Shown here: in pieces, positions 34,270 to 47,000 of the stretch
How the letters are laid out: each line of letters starts with the position of its first letter
Numbering within the stretch: position 1 is the stretch's first letter
Origin: Guillardia theta CCMP2712
Lineage: Eukaryota; Protista; Cryptophyta
Assembly (NCBI RefSeq): GCF_000315625.1
Contig: NW_005434670.1
Coordinates: 330,237-394,236 of the forward strand
Direction of reading: 5' to 3'
Length of the DNA: 64,000 nt
Made by a program: the position numbers and the translations under genes
Notes under the pieces: model-generated
Seen by the model: the letters and a program-made list of their open reading frames with translations, nothing else
The model's database searches: none
Told to the model about the DNA's origin: nothing

Positions 34270-36793
34270 ATGGCGGAAGGTAGGGAGGATGATGTTCCGC
34301 TGCGGCTGCTGCGCGCGAAGGAGCATGAGAGCTCAGCGTCTTCACAGAAGAAGATGCGAAAGAAGAACTTCAACACTGAAAAGATCTACATGTATAAGAT
34401 CCAGAAGGTTGCCAGGTTTTTCAGCGAGCGATCGAAATCCGACGGCGATGCTGAATTCGCCTCTGCATTGGATGAGAAGGGACAGCTGAAATTGCCGCTC
34501 TCTTGGCCGTGCATCCAGGCTTTGTTCGATCATCTCGCAGAGGGTAGGTCGCATCCTCGGAAAAAAAGGAAAAAGGGAGATTCGAATGTGGAAGCGAGCG
34601 AGGGCAAAGACGATGAGGTAGGGGAGGATGGTGAATCGCTTCAGAGCATATCCGTAGCGACCTTACAAGGATACAAGAAAGCACTTAAATTTTATTATAG
34701 AGAGCAAAATGTTCCTTTCACAGCAAGAGGACTCGAGGATTCCAACAAGACTCTGGATGCAAGCATTGATGGTATCCTTGAAGAACATGGGTTGCTAGAG
34801 TACAAAGCGGATCGCAGATCAAAATCCAAACTAATGAAGAGTTCGTTGAGCTCACACAGATATATAGAACTTTGCAAGAAGATTATTACATTGGGATCCG
34901 AAGAGAGGGGTGCAGAGCTTGGGTCGAACGGGCTGTTCGGGCATGTGGCAGCAACTTTGATGTGGAATTGTTGTTGCAGCAGCAGTTGTCTTGACGGCCT
35001 CAATCTCGACCATTTCGACTGGGTTGGAGATTCTCTCAAGCTGACCATCATCGAGCCGGTTGATGAAGGTCATGAGGAAAGCTCAAATTCAAATCCAGGA
35101 GCTGTGACCACAAGGACTGTCAGTGTGTTTGCCACTCCGTTTAGCCCGGAAACTTGTCCCATTTTGGCGCTTGCCCTATACGCCTTCACCCACCACAGAT
35201 ACTGGGAAGGTAACAACTTCTTCCTCGGCTCCGAACAGAAGCAGAGGTTCGGATTCATCGTTCAGGGAACCATTCCGCAGGCAGAGCTGCAAGCGGACGA
35301 GTGGCGGGAGCTAGGTGAGAGAAGCCATCTTATTCGCTGAAGAGTGACGATGTGGTTACTTCAAGGTGCTAACCTTCTCAAGAAAAGCGCGGTGAGCTTC
35401 CTGTTCAGATCAAAGGGAGGACCTCCTTCCCAAGACATTAACCGCAGGGCGAATTGGACCGGGGAAGCACCCTCAGTGGATAACCAGTCGGCGGCGACCC
35501 CATCGCCCGATGGCGATCAGCTTTGTGGAAGAATCCTCGCTGGAATGGATATGAAATCTCCTGACTTTGACGTCCTGTCTCCACATTTCACTCTGAAAGG
35601 CTACGAGGAGATCGAGAGTGTCGGTTTCGAACGCTTCATGGTGGGCTATCATACGTGTCCCGATAGTTTCAAACGGTGTATCCCGGTCTTCCTCGCCAAC
35701 ATCATCTTCCACTTAAAAACCTTGCAATCATGGTTTCCAGCACAACATCCTGTATGGAAAGCTCCAGTTTTCGGTGTGTTCGGCACAAGCACCCTCCCGA
35801 AGCTCGCAGACTTTCAGAGAGAAGTTGTCCTCTGTCATGGCATGTGCTCTGACTGCGGTGTGAAAGCGACTGGCGTTCCTCGTGATCATGCTGCGAATGT
35901 TCGGGCCAAGAGAGATATCAAGATGCCTATCAAGAAGTCTTCAGGTGTACAGGATCTGAAGTCGGTGATTGGCGACGAGGTAGCGAAGCTTCGAATCGGA
36001 CTGCATGAGGACATCTTGCGTACGTTGAACTCGAGGATTGAAAAGTTGAATCCGGAGGGCTCCAATCGCGACGAGATTGACAGCTTCAAGAAGGCGATCA
36101 CGGATGATCTGGTTGCGACTGTCAATGCTCGATGCGACAACCTTGCCGGGTCCGTCCAGGCGTTCAGTGAGGCCAAGTACCAGCTGGACACTGAAGAGAA
36201 GAATTCAGGAGTGCACGAGCTCTTCATTAGCAACTCTTTTGCCGGTGACCTCTTCCTGTGGAACGGATCGTATCATATCATCCCTCAAAAGTTCAGATTC
36301 CCGTCCAACGTCAACTGCAAGGCCTTGTGGGAGAGGTGGCACCTGGGTCAGGACATCGTCGTCGACGGAGTTTCTCGCCGGCTCGGTCCCCTCAAGCGCC
36401 TGGCAGATCCGCAGTACTCCAAGGAACTGAGAAACATCAAGATGAAGGGGATAGTGTCAAAAGCGTGTCAGGTAATGAACCTTGTGGAGGAGACGGCGAG
36501 GAGTCTGGGTCTTGTGAAGCAAGGGGAGCCCATCTCGGAGAGCAACTTCCTTTACAGCTTCGACCCGGCCTTCGAAGAGGTCGTCAAGCGCCACTATGGC
36601 ACTGAAGCTGTCAGCAATCTGCCACGATACAAGAAACTGTCGTATAGGAAAGTGTTTGATAAGCTGGACGGCGCGTCAGACCTCAAGGATGACAGGTGAG
36701 CGGGTCTGCTCGTTCTGATGATGTTTGATTCCAACTTGCAGTGAAAATGACAGCTCCAACGATCCCGACATGGATGCGCAGAACGACGACTAG
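34270..36793 (+). CDS. Crypton-type tyrosine-recombinase-derived protein, apparently catalytically dead (2 introns)
   Basis: ORFs 34234 and 35344 are joined in frame by a 51 nt GT-AG intron (35315-35365). Crypton-like motifs TLQGYKKALK, LMWN, DHFDWVGDSLK, VFATPFSPETCPILALALY, GGPP...RANW, GDQLCGRILAG, PHF and C-terminal FRFP...LWERWHLG. NLS PRKKRKK. Confidence 0.8.
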
Positions 36794-37100
36794 ACGATAA
36801 GCCAAGCCGGGCAAACGTGAACACGACCGTATGATGAATTGACTAGTATCGCTTTAAGTGTATAATTGAACTTCTCTATATATGCATCCGAAAGACCGGC
36901 GGGCCCGGGGCTCTTTCAGTTCTCTCAGTCACCGTCAGTTACAGTAGACTGAGGCTGTCCAACCCGGGGACTGGCTACCGCCGCGGGGCCCGGCGGGCGC
37001 CATCCGATCATTGACGGAATCGTGGGAGTCCGACTCCTGGCTGCTGCAGTTTGTGCTGATGAATCTGAGGCGGGCTGTTAAAAGGGGGTGTAAACTGGCA

Positions 37101-38628
37101 ATGGCGTCGTGTCGGGGAGCGACATGGCTGGTCCTAGCGGCGATGATGTTGACAGCAGAAGTTGCGAGCGCCTTCAGATGTCCATCACTTGCGCTGGGAA
37201 GAGCAGGAGCGAGGGGAGGAGCACGGGCTTGTTCTTCGTGGAGAGCAGGTAAGTGATGTCGATGCCTGTCAAGATTTTCGTGACGGTGACGAGAAGGGTT
37301 TGTTGACAGACTTCAAAGTGTTCTTTGATGTTGTAGTGGACGAGAAACCAGCTGGGCGCATGACTTTCAAGGTTTTCCACTGCCTTGCGCTGTCGCCATC
37401 CCAACGTGACGCTGTTTGCTTGTTCAGGTGTCGCAAGACTTCTTGCCCAAGTGAGGTGCTGCCTATCGTCGAGCTTGACACTGAAGGACGTACAGGACAA
37501 CTGAGAACTTCCGAGCACTTATGAGTGGAGAAAAGAGGTGAGCGATGAAAGTGAGAGAAGCTTCAATGATGGTATTGTTCAGGATCATCGACCCTCTGCT
37601 TTCCTATCAGAACTGCCAGTTTGAGTATGGCCCGCAGTATGTGGAAGGGACGGGCAACTACAAGGTCCGCTCAACGACAGGGGAGGAGGAAGAAAGGAGC
37701 ATGACGGGAAGTGCAGTGGTCGCATGTCTGCAAAGGAAGGGAAAGAACGTCTTCGGGAAGGAGAAGATCGCCGAGCCCCAGGACCTCGTCACCTGCCGTC
37801 ACAAATGCCCTGGCCCTGTCGACCTCCTCCTCCTCGTTGCCGCCTGTGACTCGTGGATTGGGGCAGGGCGGGGGATACTATTATGGCATGGAAGTAGATC
37901 TTGTCAACGCTGATGCACCTGATGAGGAAGACGATGCTGGTGCGGATGAGACGCGAGGAAGCTTGCGAGGACGATATCTTGTATCTTTGAAATATGGCAG
38001 CGCCAGCACACATGTAGAGGAACTCAAAGTCACAAAAGAGCAGCAGGCTTACACAGAAAGGCAGATAGCAAGACAGCTGAGTGAAGACGTCGGAGGAGGA
38101 AGTTGGAGAAGAAACAGAAAGTAGGATTTGTGGGGAAGGAAGAGTGCTAGGGGGCAGTTGAGGAGGAGGCCCTGAAGGAGGCTCACATGAGGCTGGCAGG
38201 GCGCAATCTCATCTCAACACAACTGCAGAAGCCTCTCGGTCTCATCCTTGAGGAGGAGCCGAGCGGTCAAGGAGTGTTCGTCGCTGAGGTAGCTGTCGGA
38301 CAGACTGCCCTCCTCCTGCTGACTTGCTGCTTTCCAGGTTTCTCCCGGCAGCAATGCGGAGAGGAGCGGAAACATCTTGCCGGGGGACTCGGTTGTGAGG
38401 GTCGGGGAGGAGGACTGCTCAGCTGCGACTCTTGAAGACGTGCTCAACCTCATCGGCAATGCCAAAAGTTTCGTTTCCGTCACATTCTGCCGGTATTTCG
38501 AGCCCCGTGTCCTCTGCCTCCTCGTCCTCCTCGTCCTCCTCGTCCTCCTCTTCCATCTCTACCTTTTGCATCTTGGCCCTCATGATGCTACAACTGCAGG
38601 TCTGAACCGTCGATGGCGAGTGACGTGA
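37101..38628 (+). CDS. Plastid-targeted protein with a divergent cyclophilin-like N-terminal region and a C-terminal PDZ domain (multi-exon)
   Basis: Leader ...TAEVASA-FRCPS. KVFFDVVVDEKPAGRMTF...TTENFRALMSGEK...LSYQNCQF resembles the cyclophilin N-terminus. KPLGLILEE...GVFVAEV...PGSNAERSGNILPGDSVVRVG...LEDVLNLI is a PDZ domain. Confidence 0.65.
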
Positions 38629-39348
38629 CAGTCTTGACCATCCCTGTTGGAGGCCCTGGTGAGAGGGAGGGAGAGGCAGAGAAGAACCTGAGGAGAGGAC
38701 TGCGATGCCGTGACTCGTGAGTACCATCAGGTCATGGCATGTCAAGATTCGACATCATCCGCGTGAGCGACTCCCCGTCCTCCTGGAAGTAAAATACTTC
38801 AGTTGCCCTGCAATTCAGCTGAGCCTATGCTGGCAGGCAGCGCTTGCTGCTGAATCAAGCGGTCATTGGGAGGATGGAGGAAACGACTCATGTCTTCTGT
38901 CAACTGAGACTGACATGTCGTCATCAGAGCGGCAGGAAAACTCTCCAGCTGATGGCAAGGGCTAGGTGAGTTGTCAAGTTCCGGATGTCGTTGAGATTGA
39001 CGAGCGATCTCGTTGACAGGAAGGCGCCAAGGATAGTTGACTGCGGGGTCTTGTGAAAATGCAGGGGGAGCTTCACATGGCAACGGATTTTCTCTCTAAG
39101 GTTGAGAATTACAAGAGCCGGCGGCTTCTATACCGACACGCGAGACACCTCTTGTCACACGACTCCTCGAGAAGACATGTGTGATCGGAGGGGAGGACGG
39201 TCGCGTCGCGACTACTGGAGGAAAGAACTCCCCTTGGGTCTCAGCTGCCAAACGTGTCACGCTTGCAAGGATAGAGACTCGTCCAGACTGACAGGAGTGA
39301 TGCACAAGTTGAGGTCCGGCATCTCCTCGCCGTCAAGCTGCATCCGAG

Positions 39349-40456
39349 TCAGAGGAGGGAAGACGGACGAGGGAGGGAGGTGATGAAACGGGCGCGACGA
39401 CGACGGGAGGAAACACGAGGATGAGGCACCTGCTCGTCTGAGAAGAAGGAGACCGGCCTTACATCCAATTTGAGCTGTGGCCCCACACCATTCATCTCCG
39501 TCTTGTGCGCAAGCATCAACTCCTTGAAAGTTGTGAAGTCCGCGCAGCTGACCTGGTCGAGAGAATGTGAGAACAGACGAGGTCGGCCCCAAGGGAGGAA
39601 GAGGCTTCACCAACACGTCGAAGACGTCACTTGATCGCATCTCTTCCTCCCTCGCGCTGGGGGGATCTGTTACACTGTGCAGAGAAAGATCAACTAGGCT
39701 ACATCAACAACTCCATGAAGTCGTGCATGGAGAAATCAGGGATGGTTGCTTTCAATCGTGCGTCGAGAAAGCCTTCGATCAGTTCAGTCTGTGAAGCAAC
39801 TAGTCAAGATCTGAATGAAAACGAAGGGTCGATCGCACATATTTGCCGAAGAGCTCAGTGTAAATGATCTTGTTTTCATCGGTATCTTCAAAAACAGCGC
39901 TGTGTTCATTCTGGAAAATACATTCAGAAACCGTCGTAGTGACAAGGAGCCTTTACAGCAAATTTTCTCTGTAGATCATGAAATTCGTCATCTGAAGAAT
40001 TGTCACTTGCGCATCTTCACATTGACAGTTGCAAGACCAACCCATAATTATGTCTTCCAGAGCACCCACAATCAGATCAAACTTGTCGTCCTCTTCATTG
40101 TCGCCTCCAACGCTGTCAGGAGCGAGAAGTTAAACTCTTGTAGCATGGCAGAGACTCACCTGACAAACGAGATATCCCCCTCCTCGTCTGATAACCCGTC
40201 AAGTTCCAGACCTTCAATGTAACGTGAGCAAGAAGAGGGCATGTTCACCTCAGCAAGAATCATGACATGCTCTACCTTCTTCGTGCTCTTCAAACTCACC
40301 ATCATCGTCGTTTTCTAGCACCTCTGAGCACTAGTCAGACCCTCACAGATACAACTCTCTCATATCCTTTCATCGCTTCTCGTGCTCATCAGCTCTCCTC
40401 CTCCCCTCTTCATCACCTTCAACTTCCTCCTCCACGTTGGCGTATCTTCCTGCCAT
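39349..40456 (-). CDS. ARL2BP: ARL2-binding protein (BART domain), many tiny exons; both ends approximate
   Basis: Spliced exons read DDKFDLIVGALEDIIM/DDEFHDLQRKF/..VFEDTDENKIIYTELFGKY/TELIEGFLDARLKATIPDFSMHDFMELL/..SDVFDVL/VSCADFTTFKELMLAHK, matching BART. Confidence 0.88.
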
Positions 40457-41667
40457 ACGAGGCTAACCGTAACTGCGCGCGTAACGGAATCTTGAAATCA
40501 CGAAACTGGAGTCGGCATGTGGCAGGATGAGGCCCGCCGGTTCCGACCGCCGGGCCGTCCGGTTCAAGTTGGTTCTCGGCGCTGTTTCTTTACTCAAAGT
40601 TAAGTGAAAGTCGGGCTTTTCTCCGAGTTCGGAGTGAACTTTAACTTTGAGTGAAAGGTGCCTCATCTCTCGTGAGGGGCACTGGCACCGTGACGGGGTA
40701 CGGCAGGCTCAGTCCGGGGCCGCGGCGGCGCCGCCGGGCCCGGTCAAATGATGATGTCTACAGGCTACCGGGTCTGACTGAAGTCACTGATTTCCGAGGC
40801 TCTCTCTACAGTTCAAGCGGGTTGATCTCTCAGTTGTCTGCCACCAATTTCAATCAAGGGCGAGACTTTAGCCCGCCGCTTGTCGGGGCCGGGGGACAAG
40901 GCTGCCGCTGCCGCTGTGCCACGGTGTTACTAAATAAGGATGGGTCATATGATCCCGTAGTCCGGTCACGGCGCAGCCTCCTGGCACCTCAGTGAGCCCT
41001 GCCGGGCGTGGATGTTGAACTTGCGGCTTGAGAGGTCGCAGCCTGAGCCCACGCGGTAACCTATCAAGGGAAGAGGACTGAAGGGTTTTGTCACGGTGGC
41101 TCTTCTGACCTGCTCCTGTTTGTTCTTTCTGCTCATCTTCTCTACCTCATCCTCAGTTTCCTCCTTCTGCTCCTTAGCGGCCTCGACCCCTCTTCATCGG
41201 ATTCAGGGTATACAGGTTAGCAAGCTCCAGCGTGACTCCCGCAGTCTTTGCCGCTTTCAGTCCATACAAACTGTGAAATGACCAAGCCTCCATCTGAGAA
41301 CGTCTAAGCTCCAAGTTGCACCTACTCCTCTGTCCTCTTTCTCCTTCCCAAGCCTCCTCCTTCTTCAGCCTCCTCTTCCTTTCCCTCCCCGGGGGGCCTG
41401 CTCAGCCTCCTGCACTCCCATCTCACGCTATCTGATCGGCTCTTGTACGTCCCTAGCCCCACCTCCGCACCTCCGCCTTCTGCTCTCTCCTGGCCGAGAT
41501 AGCCTGCAATTTGGAACAGTGGCGAAGTAATGCCATGATACGATCGAAGTGCAAGTGAGCCGTCAAGAAGGTAATGGGTGAAAGAGATATTTGGAATATC
41601 AAAATCTAGGGAAACTTTGGAAGGCTCAGTAGGTCAAAAAGACTACGACGAGCATTGTGACTCTGGT

Positions 41668-42519
41668 CTATTGCACGGTCATATCCAGCTTGAATGCAGC
41701 AGTACGAGCAAGAACATCGTCTTGGAATTGTTGTAGTAGTCCATTTGCTTCATCCTGAAACGAGTATCTGAAGATATTAGAAGGATGCTCTTGAAAAATT
41801 GGATCCTGGATGGGGTCAGCCATTTGTTCTATGACATGATCATGGCTTTGCTCAACAGCATCATGCTGCATGTTTTGAGTCTGCTGGAAAGACATGCTTT
41901 CGTTTCCTTGATTAAATCCTAGAGCAACACAGAGATGAAGGCAATGGGCTGCTGTATCAGTTGGGTTGCTTCCATAAACCATAGAACTCAATTGGAAAAA
42001 CGCGCCTTGATCTGCCGTATTCATTTGAATCAGTTTTTGCACATATTTAGTGACTGCTTGTTGATTGTTGTAATTCTTCAAGCAAATTTTGAGGGCATCC
42101 ACATATCTGAATTTCATTTCATTTGCAATGCTTATTAGGACTTGATGTACCGTCGAGATGTTGCTTACTGACAGGTTTGACTTCTCCCTTTGAAACATAT
42201 ACGATGTTCGAATAACGTCACTGAAGAATTTTGTGTGGCACAGATATTCGTTCTTCAACAGTTCTGCTTCTGCTCTCTTGATAGGATCAGATATTGCTCT
42301 AGGAGAAAGATTCCAACATTCAAAACCGCAAAATTTGCTTTTGGGATACTTCGCTTTCATGGCATCATTTATGACGTGAACTGCTGCTGTGCTTTCAAGT
42401 TGATCAAGCACAGATTGAAAATTTCCACATTCTGACAAGCTGATGTGCAGAGTATTCATCGTGGTATTCATCAAGACCTGCGCGAAAACATCAATGCATA
42501 ATTCCTTAAATAGCTTCAT
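41668..42519 (-). CDS. Hypothetical protein (likely an additional 5' exon)
   Basis: 283 aa ORF, more AT-rich than its neighbours. No recognised domain. Confidence 0.55.
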   Translation of the reverse strand: MKLFKELCIDVFAQVLMNTTMNTLHISLSECGNFQSVLDQLESTAAVHVINDAMKAKYPKSKFCGFECWNLSPRAISDPIKRAEAELLKNEYLCHTKFFSDVIRTSYMFQREKSNLSVSNISTVHQVLISIANEMKFRYVDALKICLKNYNNQQAVTKYVQKLIQMNTADQGAFFQLSSMVYGSNPTDTAAHCLHLCVALGFNQGNESMSFQQTQNMQHDAVEQSHDHVIEQMADPIQDPIFQEHPSNIFRYSFQDEANGLLQQFQDDVLARTAAFKLDMTVQ

Positions 42520-43075
42520 TTCGATATCTTATGAATACATACACACTTTGGGGGATTCCTGTAAAACGCTCACAAAATCATTCTGCTTCCTTTCACTATC
42601 TTGTTCTGTGCAGACTTTCTTTTCTACAACCTTCATTCTTCCCATCTTGTGACCAAAGTCGATGGCCCTAGGAAATGGCGCCAACAAAAGTTTGCGGCTC
42701 GCGTGGAAGGATAGGGGTGTGTTGCAGATTAAAGCAGGTGGGGTGGGTCCAAATTCTAAAAGCGAGGCAACGCCAGGACAACAGCCAGCAAGAGTTGAGA
42801 CCCCCGATCCATGGCATGACGGGATTTCATTGTTGCTCCCCCCTCCCTCTCCCCTCCCCTGCTACCTCCTCGCGTCACTCCCACGTGACAGCATATCTCA
42901 TCTTCATCTTTTTCCTCCTACTGCCAGATACCCAGACGACTTTCAACACAGGCTGCAAAAATTTCCTTCCATTGCTTCTACATCGCGAAAAAGGAGGAAT
43001 GGAAGAAGCACCAGATGAGTTGTTTCGAGGCGCAGGATGGAATGGTGGTAGTGGGTAAGTGATTACCAGCTTATC

Positions 43076-43668
43076 TCACTTACTCGTTGCCTCAAGATCT
43101 TCGGTCTCTGACGAAGCTTTTGATGTAAGGCTGCGAAGAAAGAACGGAAGGCTGGAATCAATATCAGACGACTCGTTGCATTTGTCTTCTTCGGATGAAG
43201 AGGTGACCTGATCTTGTAACCATGGGATTGTGAGAGTGTGATTGTTGTCAGGGCAAAGATGTGCCAAGATGGATGAAAGTCCTTGTGCAGTCAAGGAGAG
43301 GAGCCTTGGTTCATGTGTACCGGAATTCGACCGGCTTGTTCAAGTTTGACGTAAGCATCCAAACTCTGCTGTAGTAGCGAACCGATTTGGGAATGACTCG
43401 TGCTGGAACAACTGCTTGTTTGAAGCCAAGGCTGTCATCCGACAGGTGGGTGACATTGCTTGCTACAGCTCGATGCTCTCGCATGCACTCTAACCAAACA
43501 TGCAGCGAAGACGAGAGGATCTTCTGGGGATTCAACCATCCTGACCCGGAGTGATGCATCATGATGCTGTGAATGTGATGCTGAATGATGAATAGATCTG
43601 AGAGGCAAGAGCTCTTGACCAACCAGACATATTACAACAAGTTGATGGCAAGAGCCAGGTCACACAAC

Positions 43669-43741
<73 letters not shown>

Positions 43742-43761
43742 GGTGGTGGTGGTGATGATGA

Positions 43762-43795
<34 letters not shown>

Positions 43796-43926
43796 GGTGA
43801 TGATGATGATGATGGACGATGATGGTGGTGGTGGTGGTGGTGATGATGATGGTGGTGGTGGTGGTGATGATGGTGGTGGTATATACAAGGCTCGTTCGCG
43901 TACCTCGAGAATAATGGTGGTGGTGG

Positions 43927-44009
<83 letters not shown>

Positions 44010-47000
44010 GTAATGATGATGATGGTGATGGTGATGGTGATGGTGATGGTGATGATAGCGATGGTGATGGTGATGGTGGTGATGGTGGTGGTGATGATGA
44101 TCAGAGTTCTGCAGGCTGCGAGTGCCCTGGATATTCACCCGCAAGCAACTCAACCCCGTGCTCTTGCGACGTTTGAACCAGGAGATCTTGAGGATCGCGT
44201 ACCTCAAGAAGTCGCCGAGAGTTCCGATGTGCTCTTGTTTCCTCCATTTCATTCATCTTCACACAATTCACCCTTAGCCTGTTGCACGATCGACAGCGAC
44301 AGGCACGGCGGGCAAGTCTGATACAGAAGGTCTTGTTTGTCATCAGCATGTCATTCTTACTCATTGCACTGCACTTTACAGCATCTTGAAAAGAACGTCC
44401 TGTACGGTGAGTCGCCCTTGTGCCTTGACGGTTGATTGAGCACCCGAGAAGATCGAGATCAGTTTGCACCCTCGAGTTCTGTGAAGCCGTATCAGAATGC
44501 TCCCAGATACCTCTACATTGATGTGAGTGTCAGAGCTGTCAAAGAGGTCAAACTCAAGACAGGGATGTAGATGTAGCTCTAGGATTTTGCTGCAGTGATG
44601 AACCAGTGGAAAGAGTTGAGGAGAAGAAAAGGACGATGATTGAGGAGGGGTCGCATTCAACCTCTCACCCTTCCCTGCCATCAGATGGAATTTGGAAGCT
44701 TCGCTTTTCGTCTTTCCTGGTCAAGCTTACGGTGAAAGATTCTCATCGTCTTCGCCGCTGACTTTCGTTCCTTCAACAAGCGAGTACGTCGACCTCGTGC
44801 TGGCCGTCAAGTCAGGATCCCTTGATGGGCTCAGACTTCCACATCGCAACTTTCGCTCTACTGTGCTGCAAGTGGACCCAACGAGTCTCTCTGATCTGCT
44901 GTGATTTGAACCTGCTGGTAGATCGGAGAAGCGCTGGACTCTAGCTTGGTCCGATACTTCGAGGAGGAGACTCGGAGGCATGCGGGGACTTGCGAGGAAG
45001 GTCGCGTATGCCTCAGCCTCTCTTGCTACGGGCTCATGGGGACGGCAGGGTATGGGATGCTCTACCGACGGCGCGTGGTCGACGAGAAGGAGGAGCTCAA
45101 CTTTCCCGGACCTCTTGTCCTGGTCTTATCTTCGGTAACGAGTGGCTCTTTTCGAAAGGAGGTGAAGACTGTTGCAGGAGATTCAAGTGCCAAGCTCGCT
45201 AGTGGCAGTGGCGAATCTTTCGCACGGGTTCAAGGTCTGCTGACTTGTTTCCTTGCCCTCGTCTCGAGCTTGTCCAGGTTGTCGAGTTATTGAGCCGACT
45301 GGACGTGGGTATTCCCAAGTAGCGGTTGACATGAAATCCTGCTGAGTGAGAACAGATGAGGAATTCCGGTGTGTCACTGCTCCTGATCTCTCCTACGCCA
45401 AATGCAAGATGCAGGCAAGTCGAGCAACTCTGAGGACGAAAGATCTCAACTGATACCGCAACAGATCATCGAGTGCTTCGGTATCGGACTTCGTCGGCCC
45501 GAGATCTACAACAGCCTTGCAGAGTTACAGTGAACTTGAGTTTGATATCCTTAAACATGCTTTCTGTCTGTTCGTATCGTCTGCATCAGTCCGAATCTTC
45601 CTCGCTGACTTCGTCCTTGCTGGGTTCTTTCTGACTTCTCCGCAGAACCTGCAATATTGTTTTCACCTAGAGAACGCTGAGCCTTCTGCTTACCCGGGAC
45701 ACGTTGGGGAATGCATGGGTAAGGAGGCTAGCGTCCAAGAAGTCTTCGATGTTTCTTCTCTTCTTCTTGGTCCCATCTCCTTGTAGGGATGGGTCAGGGA
45801 CGTGCTGGAAAGTCTCATCAGACACCCAACAACCCACACGCGATCGCTTTACCTCGTCGGAACTTCTTTCCTCCCTCCGAGTGCTCTTGTGTGATCTGTT
45901 GACGCATCTCCGCAACCATCTGTGTTTGTCTTCTTTTGACTTAGCAAGGACCTCTCGCAGTTTCACAGCATCCTGAGAAGGTTACATCAGTAGAAATCTT
46001 GATGAGCATGCAAACGAGACCATGTGATCTGCCAACGCCTTGACGTGGGAAGCAGACATGCTGTCGATGCAAGCAACGACAAGAGCAAGAGAACCATCTT
46101 TTAAGCTTGCAACGTCTTCAAACGACATGAGCGACAGCCCTTCCCTTCTACCTTCCTCGTCAACAAGACTCAATAAGTCTTCTTGTACCGACATCTTAAC
46201 CCACGGTATGAGTTCAGCTAGTTCTGCTCTTGTGAAAGCTTGAGACTGCAGCTTGAGTGTGTTGCTGTCCCAGCTCTCAACCTCCTCGGAGATCAAGAAC
46301 AATCTTTTCCTTGCGGCTGACAAGGAGGCAAGGATCAGATTCCTCTCTGCCTGCGAGGTGACGGCAAGGGTTTCTTTGAGCTTGTAAGCAGGCAGCAGTT
46401 GAAGAGCATGCTTCCGCTGGTCGGGGGAAAGAACGCAAAGAGCACTCGCCCTCTCGTTAGGTGGCAACTCAGACAAGACCTGAAGAGAAGAAGGCGATCA
46501 GTGACTAGCAGGCTGGCAGGGCAACTGACCCCCGCCCGAGTCTCGTGGGAGAGTGCAGAGAGGATCGCTTTCAAGGAGGACGCTTCCATGTGCATCATCA
46601 CGGACGCGAGGGGGTGGGGTGCGACGAGCTCTGATAGTCTCTTGAGGTGAGGGGAAGAGCAGGCGAGCAGGTCCTTCATGCGGGACTTGTCGTCGCCCTT
46701 CAAGAACCTCAGGCATCGCTGAAAGTCCTCCTGATCGTCGCTGGGAAGAGTCGACAAGAGGTTTGCGACCTGTTGCTCTCGCATCATCGCCAGGCCCTCC
46801 ACGTACAGCTTCCCCTTCATCCCTGCGATGCTCGTCAGTTTGCCTTCGTCTGCCAGGAACTCCATCGCTGATGCTCGCTCCTCCGCTCCCATCTGCTCAA
46901 GAACGTCCACAAGTTTTTGGCGTGAGAGCATTTCAAACAGCCCCTTCTTGTCCGCATGCTGGCACCGGACCATCTCCAACATGTTTTGTATCGGCAGCCA

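Noticed and set aside
34270-36793. This recombinase as the enzyme that flips the TA-bounded segment
   Set aside because: Its catalytic residues appear lost, and tyrosine recombinases typically use 6-8 bp cores. Proximity is the only link.
43559-44321. Poly-Met/Val and poly-Ile/Thr ORFs
   Set aside because: Alternate frames of the microsatellite.
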